The notes under the pieces: generated by a model
Databases searched by the model: none
What the model saw: the letters and a program-made list of their open reading frames with translations, nothing else
What the model was told of the DNA's origin: nothing
Program-made: the position numbers and the translations under genes
In this document: in pieces, positions 9,519 through 20,344 of the stretch
How the letters are laid out: every line of letters starts with the position of its first letter
Numbering within the stretch: the stretch's first letter is position 1
From: Nitrospirota bacterium
GTDB taxonomy: Bacteria > Nitrospirota > Nitrospiria > 2-01-FULL-66-17
Assembly: GCA_049325335.1 (NCBI GenBank)
Contig: JBMOMC010000040.1
Span: forward strand, 1 to 64,000
DNA: 64,000 nt
Direction of reading: 5' to 3'

Positions 9519-10367
9519 GTGACGGTGGTTCGCCTGTTGGTCTCGTGTCCGGACCGCCCGGGGATCGTGGCCGCGATCGCCCGGACCATCTGCGAGCTGG
9601 GCGGCAACATCATCCACTCCGATCAACACACCACGGACCCGTCCGGCGGCGAGTTCTTCATGCGCGTGGAGTTCACGCTACGCGAGCCCGCCGACCGCGC
9701 CGCGTTGGCGGCTGCGGTCGACCGTCTCACGCACGAATTCGGCATGCAGGTCGTGGTCCGCTTCGCGGAGGAGAAGAAGCGGGTGGCGATCTTCGTATCG
9801 CGTCTGGAGCACTGCTTGGTGGATTTGCTGTGGCGGTGGAAAACGGGCGAATTGCCCATGGCGATGGCCGCGGTGGTCAGCAACCACGAGGAGTTGCGGC
9901 ACGTGGTGGCGCCCTTTGGATTGCCCTTTACGGTGTTTCCGGTGACGCCCGAGACCAAACGCCAACAAGAAGACGAGATTCTGGCGTGTCTGGACGGCCA
10001 GGTGGACCTGGTCGTGCTTGCCCGGTACATGCAGATTTTGACCCCCACGTTCGTGGCGGCGTATCCGTCGCGTATCATCAATATCCACCACAGCTTCCTG
10101 CCCGCGTTTGTGGGCGGCCGTCCCTATGAGCAGGCGGCCAAGCGCGGCGTGAAGATCATCGGCGCCACCGCCCATTACGCGACCGAGGGACTGGACGAGG
10201 GACCGATCATCGAGCAGGACGTGGTGCGGGTCAGCCACCGTGACGGGGTGGCGGATTTGATGCGTAAGGGCAAGGACATCGAGAAAGCGGTGTTGGCGCG
10301 CGCGGTGCGTTGGCACCTGGAAGATCGCGTGCTGGTGTGGGGCAACCGCACCGTGGTGTTCGCGTGA
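9519..10367 (+). CDS. purU: Formyltetrahydrofolate deformylase
   Basis: ACT domain CPDRPGIV; LARYMQIL, INIHHSFLPAF, GVKIIGATAHY; GGAGG RBS before the GTG at 9519. Confidence 0.95.
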   Translation: MTVVRLLVSCPDRPGIVAAIARTICELGGNIIHSDQHTTDPSGGEFFMRVEFTLREPADRAALAAAVDRLTHEFGMQVVVRFAEEKKRVAIFVSRLEHCLVDLLWRWKTGELPMAMAAVVSNHEELRHVVAPFGLPFTVFPVTPETKRQQEDEILACLDGQVDLVVLARYMQILTPTFVAAYPSRIINIHHSFLPAFVGGRPYEQAAKRGVKIIGATAHYATEGLDEGPIIEQDVVRVSHRDGVADLMRKGKDIEKAVLARAVRWHLEDRVLVWGNRTVVFA

Positions 10368-10759
10368 ACGCGCGACGTTGCCGGGGACTCGCGCTCGCCG
10401 CGGCGCTGGCGTGGGCTGCGACAGCCGTCGGCGCCGGTCCGAACGACGAGGATCGGGCCTATGCCTTGAACCGCGAGGGGATGGTCGCGATGTCGGAAGC
10501 GCGGTTCGAGGACGCAATCGCGGCGTTCGACCGCGCGGCCGAAGTCGCCACAGACTATGCGATCATCGGCCGGCCGCTCATGTACACGCCGGTGTTCATG
10601 TCGGGGTGGGGATCGGAGAAAATCGGCCGCACGCGGCAGGCCTGCCGCGCGTACCGCGACTACCTGCGAATCGCGGTGGAACACCCGGGCGAACCGACCA
10701 AAGTGGACCACGCCAAGGCGTTCACGGCAGCAAACTGCCAACACCCCGATCCAAAATGA
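10364..10759 (+). CDS. Secreted TPR-like protein
   Basis: GTGA overlap with the purU stop; signal peptide; helical TPR-like ALNREGM..FEDAIAAFDRA. Confidence 0.6.
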   Translation: MNARRCRGLALAAALAWAATAVGAGPNDEDRAYALNREGMVAMSEARFEDAIAAFDRAAEVATDYAIIGRPLMYTPVFMSGWGSEKIGRTRQACRAYRDYLRIAVEHPGEPTKVDHAKAFTAANCQHPDPK

Positions 10760-10790
10760 TTTGGACGTTGGTCCGGGTTCCAGGACAAAC

Positions 10791-10964
10791 GAGCCCGCTC
10801 AGAAACGCCCGCACTGTAGGGGCGTACGGCCGTACGCCCCTACGAAAACCGCGAGGACCGGAAAGCGCACCGCACCGATTTCCGGCGCTGGCAATGCTCG
10901 TTCCGCTCGCTTGGCGAAGCAAGCGCAACGACAGCGCCGTAGATGGCCGTTTTTCAGCGGGCTC
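10791..10964. mobile_element. MITE-like element (divergent family member) with a nested REP palindrome
   Basis: Terminal inverted repeats GAGCCCGCTCAGAAACG...CGTTTTTCAGCGGGCTC; shares agatggccgtt with the element at 22806. Confidence 0.55.
10816..10843. repeat. GTAG-type REP palindrome
   Basis: Perfect palindrome GTAGGGGCGTACGGCCGTACGCCCCTAC. Confidence 0.75.
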
Positions 10965-10972
10965 AGGAGGGG

Positions 10973-11572
10973 TTATTCTTCGATCGGCGGCGGCGGGGGC
11001 GGCGGGGTCAGCAGATACTGCACCCCCAGAAAGATATCGTCCGCGCTGATGCCGGCTTTTTCCGTCTTCTGATCCGCGTCAACCCAGGCTTTCGCCTTTT
11101 TGTCGTATTTCTCGAACTTGCGTTCAACCTGGACCTTGGTCAGGTCCACGGGTTTGTCGGCGGGAAGCGGCGGCACCCCGGGAATCGGCGGATTCGGCGG
11201 GGGCGGCCCCTTGGGCAGCGGTGTCACCGTGATGGTATACGTGTCGCGGTAGTCCTGCTGACGCGGGGGAAACGTGGCGGAACTGATCTTAAAATAACGA
11301 TGGGGCGACGAGGAGATCACGCCCTTCTTGGGAGGTTTGCCGTCGTCTCCCTCTTTCTCTGCGCTGGCGATGGGGACCGGATTGGGACGCGTTTTCAGAT
11401 AGGTTTGGGTCATGTCCCAGATTTCGTCGAACTTTGCGGCAAACACGTGTTCCGCGGGAGGCGGGGCGGAAGGGGCGTCTTGGGCGAACGCGCCGACAGG
11501 GAACGCGCTTCCCAGCATTAATATCACCACTGCCCAGAAAACCGACGGCGCGACGGCTCGTATCCGGTCCAT
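10973..11572 (-). CDS. Exported Pro-rich hypothetical protein
   Basis: GAAGGAG RBS before the ATG at 11572; signal peptide ending AFA-QD. Confidence 0.7.
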   Translation of the reverse strand: MDRIRAVAPSVFWAVVILMLGSAFPVGAFAQDAPSAPPPAEHVFAAKFDEIWDMTQTYLKTRPNPVPIASAEKEGDDGKPPKKGVISSSPHRYFKISSATFPPRQQDYRDTYTITVTPLPKGPPPPNPPIPGVPPLPADKPVDLTKVQVERKFEKYDKKAKAWVDADQKTEKAGISADDIFLGVQYLLTPPPPPPPIEE

Positions 11573-11882
11573 GAATCTCCTTCCCACACGCGCGAGAGGA
11601 CGAGGAAATGCGTGCAACATGTCCATCAACAAGAAGGCGACCGGCCCCGGAGTTGGACCGGACGGCCGCCCAAAGACGGCTTAACATAGCCGATTGCGTT
11701 TCGGCCTGTCAAGCCGTGAGCGCGGTCGGAGCCCGTCCGCCGGTCCTTGGCGCGTTGACCGGCGTGCTGCGGGTGGGTAGGATGTGCAATCGGCTCCGGA
11801 CGCTGGCGGAGCCGTCGCAGTGTGAGGAGGCGAGCGCCTGATCATCAACTCCGCAACCTTCGCCCCGTTTCGGGCTCATCGC

Positions 11883-12836
11883 GTGGCGCTGGTGGGGTTG
11901 CGTCGGCCGGATGAAGGCCCGTGGGAGATCGACGCGGCGTTCGACGCCGTGGAGCGATGGCTGCGCGTTGGGGGCCGTCAGGTGGTGCACCGGGTGTGGC
12001 AGCGACGACGGGCTCCGGACTGCGCCACCTACCTGGGGCGCGGGAAGGCGGAGCAGCTTCGTCAGTTGTGCGAACGCGACGGGATCGACGGCGTGGTGGT
12101 GGACGGCGCGTTGAGCGGCTCGCAACGCGCGGCGCTGGAGCGGGTGCTTGATCGGCCGGTGTGGGACCGGGCCGCGTGGAGCATGCCGTCGAGTCCGTCC
12201 GCGGCGGTTGCGCGGACGCGGGAGGATGCGCGCCGCGCTCGCCGCTCGCGCGGCGCGTTCGTGGTGGCGTTGTGCGGCGCGGTGGGCGCGGGCAAATCCA
12301 CGTTGTTCGCCGAGTTGACCGACGGGCCGTTGTCGTCGCCGTCGTGGCCGCCCACTCCAGGTCGGGATGGCGCGTCGTCCGTGGCCCGGCGGTTGCGCGC
12401 GGTCGCATCGCGCGAGGTGTTGATCGTCGATACGCCGGGCGTGATCCGGTGGCCCGACGCGGCCCGTTGGGACGTGCCCGAGGCCGCGCTGGCCGACTGC
12501 CGCGCCGCCGATCTGTTGGTGCACGTCATCGACGCGTCGTACCCCGACGCGACGCGCCGGGCCCGCGAGGCGGCGGGCGCGTTGCGGCGGGCGGCGACCT
12601 GCCCGATGGTGTCCGTGTGGACCCAAGCGGATCGGGTCGCGGCGCCGCGACCGATCGCGGCCGAGTGGGTCGTGTCGGGGCGGACCGGCTCGGGCTGCGA
12701 CCGACTGCGGGCGTATTTGGGGCATGTCGGCCGCGTGTCGGGACCGCGTTCGCGGGGTCGCGGTGATCGTCCGGTCGCGGAGGATTGTGTTATAGTGTTC
12801 GGCGGTACACACGCGTCGGTCCCTCGACTCCCATGA
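11883..12836 (+). CDS. Degenerate HflX-like GTPase (possible CTG start at 11838)
   Basis: TYLGRGKAEQL and LSGSQRAALE resemble the HflX N-domain; G1 GAVGAGKS, G3 DTPG, ADLLVHVIDAS; G4 reads TQAD. Confidence 0.65.
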   Translation: MALVGLRRPDEGPWEIDAAFDAVERWLRVGGRQVVHRVWQRRRAPDCATYLGRGKAEQLRQLCERDGIDGVVVDGALSGSQRAALERVLDRPVWDRAAWSMPSSPSAAVARTREDARRARRSRGAFVVALCGAVGAGKSTLFAELTDGPLSSPSWPPTPGRDGASSVARRLRAVASREVLIVDTPGVIRWPDAARWDVPEAALADCRAADLLVHVIDASYPDATRRAREAAGALRRAATCPMVSVWTQADRVAAPRPIAAEWVVSGRTGSGCDRLRAYLGHVGRVSGPRSRGRGDRPVAEDCVIVFGGTHASVPRLP

Positions 12837-13405
12837 CCGTTCGTTCCGTTGCCTGGAAAACATTCCCGCTATGGATGCTCGCGCTCGGCGGCGTGGGCGC
12901 GCTGGGCGTGTTGCTGGCGTCCCAAGTTCGGTTAAAGGGCGTGGGCGCTTCCGCGGCGCCCACCGCGGTGGACGGCGACGTCATCGTGACCGGGTTTCGG
13001 TTGGCCGCCTTGTCCGACGGCGAGCCGGAGTGGGACGTGTCGGCGGCCCGCGCGCGGCTGTTCGAATCCAGGCATGAGGCGGTGTTGGACCAGGCGCGCG
13101 GGTCCATCCGCATGGAGGACGGAACCGTGACGCGCTTTGAGGGCGCCGCCGCGGTGTTCGATACCGAGAGCCGAGACTTTGAACTGGATGGCGCGGCTGG
13201 GGAGGCCGTGGTGACGTTGCCCAACGGCTACGTCATTCGCGCCAAGACGCTGCGGTGGATTCAGTCGCGCGGTGAATTGGTGTCGGACGGCGCGGTATCC
13301 GTGAGCGGGGCCCGCGTGTCCTTCCAAGGGGTGGGGTTGCTGGTGCGGCCGGCGTCGCAGGAATTCACGATTCTCAACCACGCGCGCGCGGATGTGGTCT
13401 CGTAA
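12833..13405 (+). CDS. lptC: LPS export periplasmic protein LptC
   Basis: N-terminal TM helix, beta-jellyroll-like sequence, position upstream of lptA/lptB. Confidence 0.75.
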   Translation: MTVRSVAWKTFPLWMLALGGVGALGVLLASQVRLKGVGASAAPTAVDGDVIVTGFRLAALSDGEPEWDVSAARARLFESRHEAVLDQARGSIRMEDGTVTRFEGAAAVFDTESRDFELDGAAGEAVVTLPNGYVIRAKTLRWIQSRGELVSDGAVSVSGARVSFQGVGLLVRPASQEFTILNHARADVVS

Positions 13406-13970
13406 GCGGGTCGCGCTGACGGCGGCGCTCATCGCCGCGATGTGCGGTCAGCCCGGGTGGGCCGCGGAGGCGCCGGCGCCGGCTGCGCCGCCGGCGCGAC
13501 CCATGGCCATTACCTCGCGCAGCATGACGGTGAAAAACCTTGATCAACGCGTGATCTTCGATCGAGACGTGTTGATCGTGAAAGGGGACATGGATCTTCA
13601 CGCCGACCGCGTCGAAGTCGTGCTGGCCAAGCCGGCTCAGGCCGCGGCGCCCGCGGCGGGCGCGGGTCCCGACCTGCTGTCCGAGGACAATATCGAGCGG
13701 ATCGTGGCGGAGGGGCGCGTCAAGGTGGTGCAGGGCGCCAAAACCGCGACCGCCGACCATGCCGTCTACCATCGCGCCGACGAAACCGTGGTCCTCACCG
13801 GACGCCCGGAAACCTGGGAAGAGGGCGTCCGCATCCAGGGATCCAAGATCACGATCCTGCTGAAGGAACAACGAAGCATGGTGGAGGACAGTCGCGTCGT
13901 CTTCTATCCGGAGGCGGGCCGTGATCCGGCCGCGCCGGTCCCGGAATCACGGACCGATCATGCCGAGTGA
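13392..13970 (+). CDS. lptA: LPS export protein LptA/OstA
   Basis: Signal peptide; [27 protein letters not shown]; operon context. Confidence 0.85.
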   Translation: MWSRKRVALTAALIAAMCGQPGWAAEAPAPAAPPARPMAITSRSMTVKNLDQRVIFDRDVLIVKGDMDLHADRVEVVLAKPAQAAAPAAGAGPDLLSEDNIERIVAEGRVKVVQGAKTATADHAVYHRADETVVLTGRPETWEEGVRIQGSKITILLKEQRSMVEDSRVVFYPEAGRDPAAPVPESRTDHAE

Positions 13971-14757
13971 ACCGGGCCTCGACGCCGCGCCGGCGCCGTC
14001 TCCGGCCGCGTTGTCCGCGGTAGGGTTGGAAAAAACGTTCCGGCGCCGCCGCGTGGTCAAGGGTGTCTCGGTCACGATCCAGCCCGGCGAGGTCGTGGGG
14101 CTGCTCGGGCCCAACGGCGCGGGCAAAACCACGGTGTTTAACATGATCGTGGGACTGATCGCGCCGGATCGTGGGGATATCCTCTTGAACGGCCGTTCGA
14201 TCACCGCGTTGCCCATGCACCAGCGGGCGCGACTCGGACTCAGCTATCTGCCGCAGGAAGCCTCGGTGTTCCGCAAGCTCACCGTGGCCGAAAACGTGTT
14301 GGCGATCCTGGAAACCTTGCCGTTGTCGCGGGATGAGCAACGGGCCCGGTTGGAAGCGCTGCTGGATGAGCTCGGCGTGGCGCACCTGGCCGACCAACAA
14401 GGGTACACGTTGTCCGGCGGCGAGCGGCGCCGGGTGGAGATCGCGCGGGCGTTGGTGTTGTCGCCGCGGTTCGTGCTGTTGGACGAGCCGTTCGCGGGGA
14501 TCGATCCCTTGGCCGTCATCGACGTGCAGAAAGTGGTGGCGCACTTGCGCGACCGCGGGATCGGGGTGTTGATTACGGATCACAACGTGCGCGAAACACT
14601 GGAAATCACGCAGCGGGCGTATATCATTAACGGCGGAGAGATCCTTCAGGAGGGCACGCCCGTGGAGATTGCCGAAAGCCCGCTGGTCCGGTCGCTGTAT
14701 TTGGGCGAACATTTCGCGTGGCAACGGTCCCCGGCCCCGCAGGAGACGAATCGGTGA
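13960..14757 (+). CDS. lptB: LPS export ABC transporter ATPase
   Basis: [47 protein letters not shown]. Confidence 0.95.
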   Translation: MPSEPGLDAAPAPSPAALSAVGLEKTFRRRRVVKGVSVTIQPGEVVGLLGPNGAGKTTVFNMIVGLIAPDRGDILLNGRSITALPMHQRARLGLSYLPQEASVFRKLTVAENVLAILETLPLSRDEQRARLEALLDELGVAHLADQQGYTLSGGERRRVEIARALVLSPRFVLLDEPFAGIDPLAVIDVQKVVAHLRDRGIGVLITDHNVRETLEITQRAYIINGGEILQEGTPVEIAESPLVRSLYLGEHFAWQRSPAPQETNR

Positions 14758-16214
14758 GACCGCGTTTGGAGCTGCGGCTCCAACAAAAACTGGTCATGAC
14801 GCCGCAGTTGCAGCAGGCGATTCGCTTGCTGCAACTCTCTCGGCTGGAATTGAGTCAGACCGTCACCAACGAGCTCATGGAAAATCCGGTGCTCGATGAA
14901 GAGCAGTCGCAGGACGCGCCGGACGAAGAGGGATCGAACGGGGACGACGCGCCGGCCGTCAAGACCGAGGGCGAGGCGTCCCAACCGGAAGCCGCGGAGA
15001 GCGCGGAACTCGACCCGCAGGAATTTAACTGGGACAGTTATTTCGAACAGGACGATTTCGGTCTGTCGGGAGACGGCGACTACGCGAGAGCGTCGTCCGA
15101 GGACATGCCGTCGTTCGAGCAGACGCTGACCAAGCCGGCCTCCCTGGAGGAGCACTTGTTGTGGCAATTGCGGTTGTCCAATGTGTCGGATGAGGACCGC
15201 CCGGCGGCGGAAGCGCTCATCGGCAACGTGGACGACGACGGGTACTTGCGCGTGACGATCGAGGAAATCGCCCGCGGGTTGCCGTGTCCGACGGCCTCGG
15301 TGGAACGGGCGCTGAAGTTGGTTCAGGGGTTTGATCCGGTCGGCGTGGCCGCGCGTGACCTGCGGGAGTGTTTGCTGATTCAAACCCGTCAGCTCGGGCT
15401 TCACGGTTCGCTGGTGGAATCGATCATCACCCACCATGTGGCGGATTTGGAGAAAAAGCGTTTTGCCGCGATCGCGAAAGCGTTGGGCACGTCCGTGGAA
15501 GAGGTCTTTCACGCCGCGAAGGTGATCGAGCATCTGGAGCCGAAACCCGGGCGGCCGTTCGGCGCGTCCGACAACGTGTACATTACGCCGGACGTGTTCG
15601 TGGTCAAGATCGAGGGCAAATACGCGGTCCTGCTCAACGACGACGGCATGCCGAAGCTGCGGATCAACCAGTATTACCGGCGGTTACTCAAAAACAAGAC
15701 GCCGGGGGTGGACACGACCAAGACGTATCTGGAGGATAAGCTACGGTCCGCGTTGTGGCTGATCCGGAGCATCGAGCAGCGCAACCGCACGATCGTGCGG
15801 GTGGCTGAAAGCATCGTGCAGTTTCAATACGAGTTCATGGAGCACGGGGTGAACTATCTCCGGCCGTTGATCCTCAAGCAGGTCGCGGAGGACATCGGGA
15901 TGCACGAGTCCACGATCAGCCGGGTCACGACGAATAAATACATGTACACGCCGCAAGGGATTTTCGAGTTGAAGTTTTTCTTCAACAGCGGGATCGCCCG
16001 CACGCAGGGCGGGGGAGAGGATCTCTCCTCGGTGACGGTGCGGGAGCGCATTCGGTTGTTGGTGGCGAACGAAGATCCGCGCCGTCCCATGACCGACCAC
16101 GAGTTGGTCGAGCGGCTGTCCGCGGAGCAAATCGCCATTGCCCGGCGCACCGTGGCCAAGTACCGCGGGTGGCTGCGCATCCCGCCCGCGAACAAACGTA
16201 AACGCGTATTCTAG
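14754..16214 (+). CDS. rpoN: RNA polymerase sigma-54 factor
   Basis: [23 protein letters not shown], RpoN box ARRTVAKYR. Confidence 0.97.
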   Translation: MRPRLELRLQQKLVMTPQLQQAIRLLQLSRLELSQTVTNELMENPVLDEEQSQDAPDEEGSNGDDAPAVKTEGEASQPEAAESAELDPQEFNWDSYFEQDDFGLSGDGDYARASSEDMPSFEQTLTKPASLEEHLLWQLRLSNVSDEDRPAAEALIGNVDDDGYLRVTIEEIARGLPCPTASVERALKLVQGFDPVGVAARDLRECLLIQTRQLGLHGSLVESIITHHVADLEKKRFAAIAKALGTSVEEVFHAAKVIEHLEPKPGRPFGASDNVYITPDVFVVKIEGKYAVLLNDDGMPKLRINQYYRRLLKNKTPGVDTTKTYLEDKLRSALWLIRSIEQRNRTIVRVAESIVQFQYEFMEHGVNYLRPLILKQVAEDIGMHESTISRVTTNKYMYTPQGIFELKFFFNSGIARTQGGGEDLSSVTVRERIRLLVANEDPRRPMTDHELVERLSAEQIAIARRTVAKYRGWLRIPPANKRKRVF

Positions 16215-16215
16215 G

Positions 16216-16430
16216 AGCCTGTCCATGAATGGCCATCTGCTGCGTTGTCAGTCGGTCTTGCGTGCTCACGTACGACCCAGTACGCTGCTTCGCCAAGCGA
16301 GCGGAATGGGCTTCGACAGCGCGATAGAACCGCGCGATGCGCTTTCCGCGCTCGAGCCTTGCGACCCCCCTTCGAGAACTCGGATGCCGGAAGTCCCCGA
16401 AGGGGGCATCTGGCCATCCCTGAACAGGCT
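16216..16430. mobile_element. MITE-like repeat, copy 1 (with extra internal sequence)
   Basis: Terminal repeats AGCCTGTCCA...TGAACAGGCT; core ccatctgctgcgttg...ctcacgtac...gtacgct is shared with the other copies. Confidence 0.75.
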
Positions 16431-16481
16431 TGAGGGCCACAATAATACTCGGACACATTCATAAAAGGAGCGGACGGGACG

Positions 16482-16997
16482 ATGAAAACGACGGTGACGG
16501 GGCGGCACATGGAGATCACTCCGGCGCTGCGCGCGCACGCGCAGGAACGCGTGGAGCATTTGACGCGGTATTCCGGAGAGGCGACGGACGCCACGGTCGT
16601 GCTGTCGGTCGAAAAATACCGGCATCAGGCCGAGGTGTCGCTGAACGTGAACGGCGTGCTGATCCAGGCCAAGGAAGAGACCTCCGAAATGTACGCGTCC
16701 ATCGACGAAGCCGTGGCCAAGATCGAGCGGCAACTCAAAAAGTACAAAGATCGTCAACACCCCCGTCGGCAGCGTCCCGCGGCCGTGATTGGGGAGGAGG
16801 AACCAGTCGAGTCCGCGCCCGCTCCGTTGGAGCGCGAACGGCCCGTCCTCAAGGCCATGACGCCGGAGCAGGCGGCCGCGGCGTTGAACGGGGGCACGTC
16901 GCCGTTGGTCGTGTTCCGGCACGCGGGCACCAAAGAGACGAACGTCGTGTATCGTCGAGCCGACGGCTCCGTGGCATGGATCGATCCCGCGCCGTAG
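16482..16997 (+). CDS. hpf: Ribosome hibernation factor (long HPF/RaiA)
   Basis: TVTGRHMEITPALR, MYASIDEAVAKIERQLKKYK, C-terminal NVVYRRADG. Confidence 0.9.
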   Translation: MKTTVTGRHMEITPALRAHAQERVEHLTRYSGEATDATVVLSVEKYRHQAEVSLNVNGVLIQAKEETSEMYASIDEAVAKIERQLKKYKDRQHPRRQRPAAVIGEEEPVESAPAPLERERPVLKAMTPEQAAAALNGGTSPLVVFRHAGTKETNVVYRRADGSVAWIDPAP

Positions 16998-17896
16998 CCG
17001 AACCCGACGCGCCCGGGGGGGCGGTTCGTCCGGACGACGCGACCGGTCCCCGGATCGTGATCGTCAGCGGGCTGTCGGGCGCGGGCAAGAGCCACGTGTT
17101 GCACTGCTTCGAGGACGTGGGGTTTTTTTGCGTCGATAATCTGCCCCCGCCGTTGATTCCCACGTTTATTCATTTATATACGCGCGGCGAGCCCAAAAAT
17201 CACCGCATCGCGCTCGGAATCGACATCCGAGGCCGCGAATTCCTGTCCCAAAGTTTCACCGCGATCGAGCAGCTCAAACAAGCGGGGTTTCGCGTCGAAA
17301 TGTTGTTCCTGGACGCGCGCGACGACGTGTTGATCCGCCGGTTCTCCGAGACGCGACGGCCGCATCCCTTGGCCCACGATCGACCCGTGGTCGAGGGCAT
17401 CACCCAGGAACGCGCGGCGCTCAAGGACCTGCGCGACCGCGCCGACCTGATCATCGACACCTCGGACTACTCGGTCCATCAGCTCAAGGCGTTCATTTCG
17501 CAACGGTACGTGGAGCGCCGGCACGGGTTGGCCGTGACGGTCTTGTCCTTCGGATACAAGTTCGGGATTCCACGCGAGGCGGATCTGGTGTTCGACGTGC
17601 GATTTCTGAAGAACCCGAATTTCGTGGCAACGCTCAGGCCGTTATCCGGTCAGGACGCGGCCGTCGCCTCCTACGTCCTGGAACAGCCGGAAACCGAGGA
17701 GTTTCTTTCCCGTCTGTGCGGCCTGCTCGACTTTCTGATGCCGTTGTACGAGGCCGAGGGCCGGACGTACCTGACCATTGCCGTCGGGTGCACGGGCGGC
17801 CGGCATCGCTCCGTCGCGATCGCCGAGCGGTTGACGCGTCGGCTCGGGCAACTCGGACTCCAACCCACGGCGCGGCACCGCGACGTGGGTCGCTAG
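16976..17896 (+). CDS. rapZ: RNase adapter RapZ (start approximate)
   Basis: IVSGLSGAGKS, FCVDNLP, RRFSETRRPHPL, SFGYKFG, GCTGGRHRSV. Confidence 0.93.
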   Translation: MDRSRAVAEPDAPGGAVRPDDATGPRIVIVSGLSGAGKSHVLHCFEDVGFFCVDNLPPPLIPTFIHLYTRGEPKNHRIALGIDIRGREFLSQSFTAIEQLKQAGFRVEMLFLDARDDVLIRRFSETRRPHPLAHDRPVVEGITQERAALKDLRDRADLIIDTSDYSVHQLKAFISQRYVERRHGLAVTVLSFGYKFGIPREADLVFDVRFLKNPNFVATLRPLSGQDAAVASYVLEQPETEEFLSRLCGLLDFLMPLYEAEGRTYLTIAVGCTGGRHRSVAIAERLTRRLGQLGLQPTARHRDVGR

Positions 17897-17920
17897 CGCG
17901 AGACCGGAGCGCGGGAACCG

Positions 17921-18541
17921 ATGGCATCGTACACCGTGGCGATCACCGGGGCGAGCGGCGCGGTCTACGGCGTGACCTTGCTCGATCGGCTGGCCGAGGC
18001 CGGGCACGACATCGCGCTGGTGGTGTCCCAGGACGGCGTGACCGTGGTGAAGGAAGAGACCGGCATCGACTGGGGCGGCGACGCGTCCAAGGTGCGCCGC
18101 GCCGTCGACCGCCGTTACCGCGGGCGTGTGACGTGGTGGGAACCCCACAATTTCTATGCGCCGATCGCGAGCGGATCGCACCTGTGCGAGGGTATGATCA
18201 TCGCGCCCTGTTCGATGAAAACCGCGGCCGCGGTGGCGCACGGTTTGTCCGCGTCGTTGATCGAGCGGGCCGCCGACGTTATGTTGAAGGAACGGCGTAC
18301 CCTGATCGTGGTGCCGCGCGAGACCCCGCTCTCCTCGATCCATCTGGAGAATCTGCTAACCTTGTCGCGGGCGGGCGCGCACGTGGTCGCGGCGATGCCC
18401 GCGTTTTATCACCGTCCCCAGTCGTTGGATGACTTGGTGGCATTCGTGGTCGGGCGGGTGCTCGACCACCTCGGGATCGCGCACGACTTGGTTCCGAGGT
18501 GGGGCGCGGACCGCCGACCAAGGAGGGCTCGTGAGCGCTGA
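17921..18541 (+). CDS. ubiX: Flavin prenyltransferase
   Basis: AITGASGAVYG, ASGS, RAADVMLKERR, PRETPL, MPAFYHRP. Confidence 0.93.
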   Translation: MASYTVAITGASGAVYGVTLLDRLAEAGHDIALVVSQDGVTVVKEETGIDWGGDASKVRRAVDRRYRGRVTWWEPHNFYAPIASGSHLCEGMIIAPCSMKTAAAVAHGLSASLIERAADVMLKERRTLIVVPRETPLSSIHLENLLTLSRAGAHVVAAMPAFYHRPQSLDDLVAFVVGRVLDHLGIAHDLVPRWGADRRPRRARER

Positions 18542-19061
18542 ACCTGCAAAACCGTTGATTCCGGACGATCAACTTGCTGCCGATACCGAAGCCGGTCCCG
18601 CGGTTGAAGCCGCCGTCCACGCGGAGGCGGCCGCAGACGAGAAGCTGACGCTCGTTCAGCGCGTCACGCGGATGAACGTAGCCCAGAAGGTCAAGTTCGC
18701 GTTTCGTGCGGACAAGGAAGGCCGGACGCTGTTGCTCAAAGAATCGAGCCGGCTCGTGCTGATGGCGGTGCTCAATTCGCCCAAGATCACGGAACAGGAA
18801 ATCGAGTCCTTGGCGAAATCACGCAACGTGTCGGAAGAGATCCTGCGCGCGATCGCGAGACGGCGTGAGTGGATGGCCAAGTATTCGATCAAACAAGGGC
18901 TCGCGAGTAACCCCAAGACTCCGGTGTCGATCGCGATGGGCCTGCTCGCGTCGCTCACCACGCGGGATCTGGCGTTTCTCGCCAAGGACAAAGGCGTGCC
19001 GGAACCCGTGCGCAATGCCGCGATGCGGTTGTCCAAGCAGCGCAGCGAACGCGAGGGCTAG
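18531..19061 (+). CDS. Conserved helical (HEAT-like) hypothetical protein
   Basis: AGGAGG RBS before the GTG at 18531; repeated AVLNSPKIT / LASNPKTP helical units. Confidence 0.7.
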   Translation: MSAEPAKPLIPDDQLAADTEAGPAVEAAVHAEAAADEKLTLVQRVTRMNVAQKVKFAFRADKEGRTLLLKESSRLVLMAVLNSPKITEQEIESLAKSRNVSEEILRAIARRREWMAKYSIKQGLASNPKTPVSIAMGLLASLTTRDLAFLAKDKGVPEPVRNAAMRLSKQRSEREG

Positions 19062-19065
19062 CGCA

Positions 19066-19182
19066 GGCTGCTGAAAAAGCCCATCTGCTGCGTTGCCGCT
19101 GCGCATCCGCTGCTCACGTACGACACAGTACGCTGCGCTGCGGTGCTCGCGGCGTCTTGCATCTGGGACTTTTTGAGCAGCC
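19066..19182. mobile_element. MITE-like repeat, copy 2
   Basis: Terminal repeats GGCTGCTGAAAAAG...CTTTTTGAGCAGCC; same core as copy 1. Confidence 0.75.
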
Positions 19183-19192
19183 CGCCGACGCG

Positions 19193-20311
19193 TCAGTCCG
19201 CGTCGGGTTTAGGGTCAACGCGACAGCGTTCCCTGATCGCGTGCCACTCCTCGCGCGACCCCAACGCGGTCTGAGTCTGAGCGGCCTGCGCCGCCAGCGT
19301 CCGGAGCCGCTGGGCACGCTCATCGCTCGCCGGATGGGTAGAGAGGTAGGCGAGCACGCCGGGCAGTTCGGGCCCCTCGCGCGCCAGCAGTTCGAAGAAC
19401 GCGATCATGCCGGCCGGGTCGATGCCCGCGTCCAGGATCATCCGCAGGCCGTGTTCGTCGGCCTCGGTTTCGTGCGCACGGCTATACCGCAGCGCGCCCA
19501 GGTTGGCCGCGGCGTTGAGCCCGAATGCCGCGGCGCCGCTCACGTCGCCGGTGAGCGCGGCGATCACCAGGCCCGCGGACGCTTGCTGTAGCAGGGCGCG
19601 CGTGGAGTGCCGTCGGATGATGTGCTGCGCTTCGTGGGCGAGCACGCCGGCCAATTCCTCCGGCGTGTCGGTGCGGCGTAACAGGCCCCGCAAGATCACG
19701 ATGGGGCCGCCCGGCGCGGCAAACGCGTTGAGTTCTGGCGTATCCAGCACGATCAGGTGAAACGGGTATTGCGCGCCGACCGGACCCACCGTCGATGCGA
19801 AGATGGCGTTGATCGCCGCGTACAAGGCCGGGTCGTCGCACCGGTCATCGGCGTCCGCGAAGTAGTCCAACACCGCCTCGCCCAACCGCACGTCCCACGA
19901 GATCGGGATGCGCGGCGTGAGGACGCCGACGAGCGCGGGGACTCCATAGGCCAGCAGCGCCGTGGTGGCGCCGATCGCGGCGACGGCGGCCGCCGCGGTC
20001 CATCCGATCCGGGACAGTCGTCGAGACGGGTGGTACGCGTTCGCCCCGAGTCGCGGCGCTCGTTGATAGAGGGCGTCAAGCAGCGCCCGGTCATCGATCA
20101 ACAGCGCTTCGGCGATGGGCGCGCCGCGTTCAAAACGCGCCTGTTCGCCCGCAAAACGCCCGTGCGTGCGTCTGATCTCGTGGTAGGGCCAGGCGCGCGT
20201 TTCGCCTTGGTCGGTGAGCAGCTCCAACCCATCGGGGAGGAGACGGACGGTCACGGGCCGGCGCGCGGCCGTCCGTCCGTCAAGGTATATGCCGATGCCG
20301 TCGTGCGGCAT
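19193..20311 (-). CDS. M48 family metallopeptidase
   Basis: NAFAAPGG, LAHEAQH, YSRAHETEAD, LSTHP. Confidence 0.9.
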   Translation of the reverse strand: MPHDGIGIYLDGRTAARRPVTVRLLPDGLELLTDQGETRAWPYHEIRRTHGRFAGEQARFERGAPIAEALLIDDRALLDALYQRAPRLGANAYHPSRRLSRIGWTAAAAVAAIGATTALLAYGVPALVGVLTPRIPISWDVRLGEAVLDYFADADDRCDDPALYAAINAIFASTVGPVGAQYPFHLIVLDTPELNAFAAPGGPIVILRGLLRRTDTPEELAGVLAHEAQHIIRRHSTRALLQQASAGLVIAALTGDVSGAAAFGLNAAANLGALRYSRAHETEADEHGLRMILDAGIDPAGMIAFFELLAREGPELPGVLAYLSTHPASDERAQRLRTLAAQAAQTQTALGSREEWHAIRERCRVDPKPDAD

Positions 20312-20344
20312 GTGAACCGTCCCGGGTCCTGATGGACAGCGAAA

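Noticed and set aside
16430..17896. 488-aa RapZ with a long N-terminal extension
   Set aside because: The extension is the out-of-frame shadow of hpf; the real start is near 16976.
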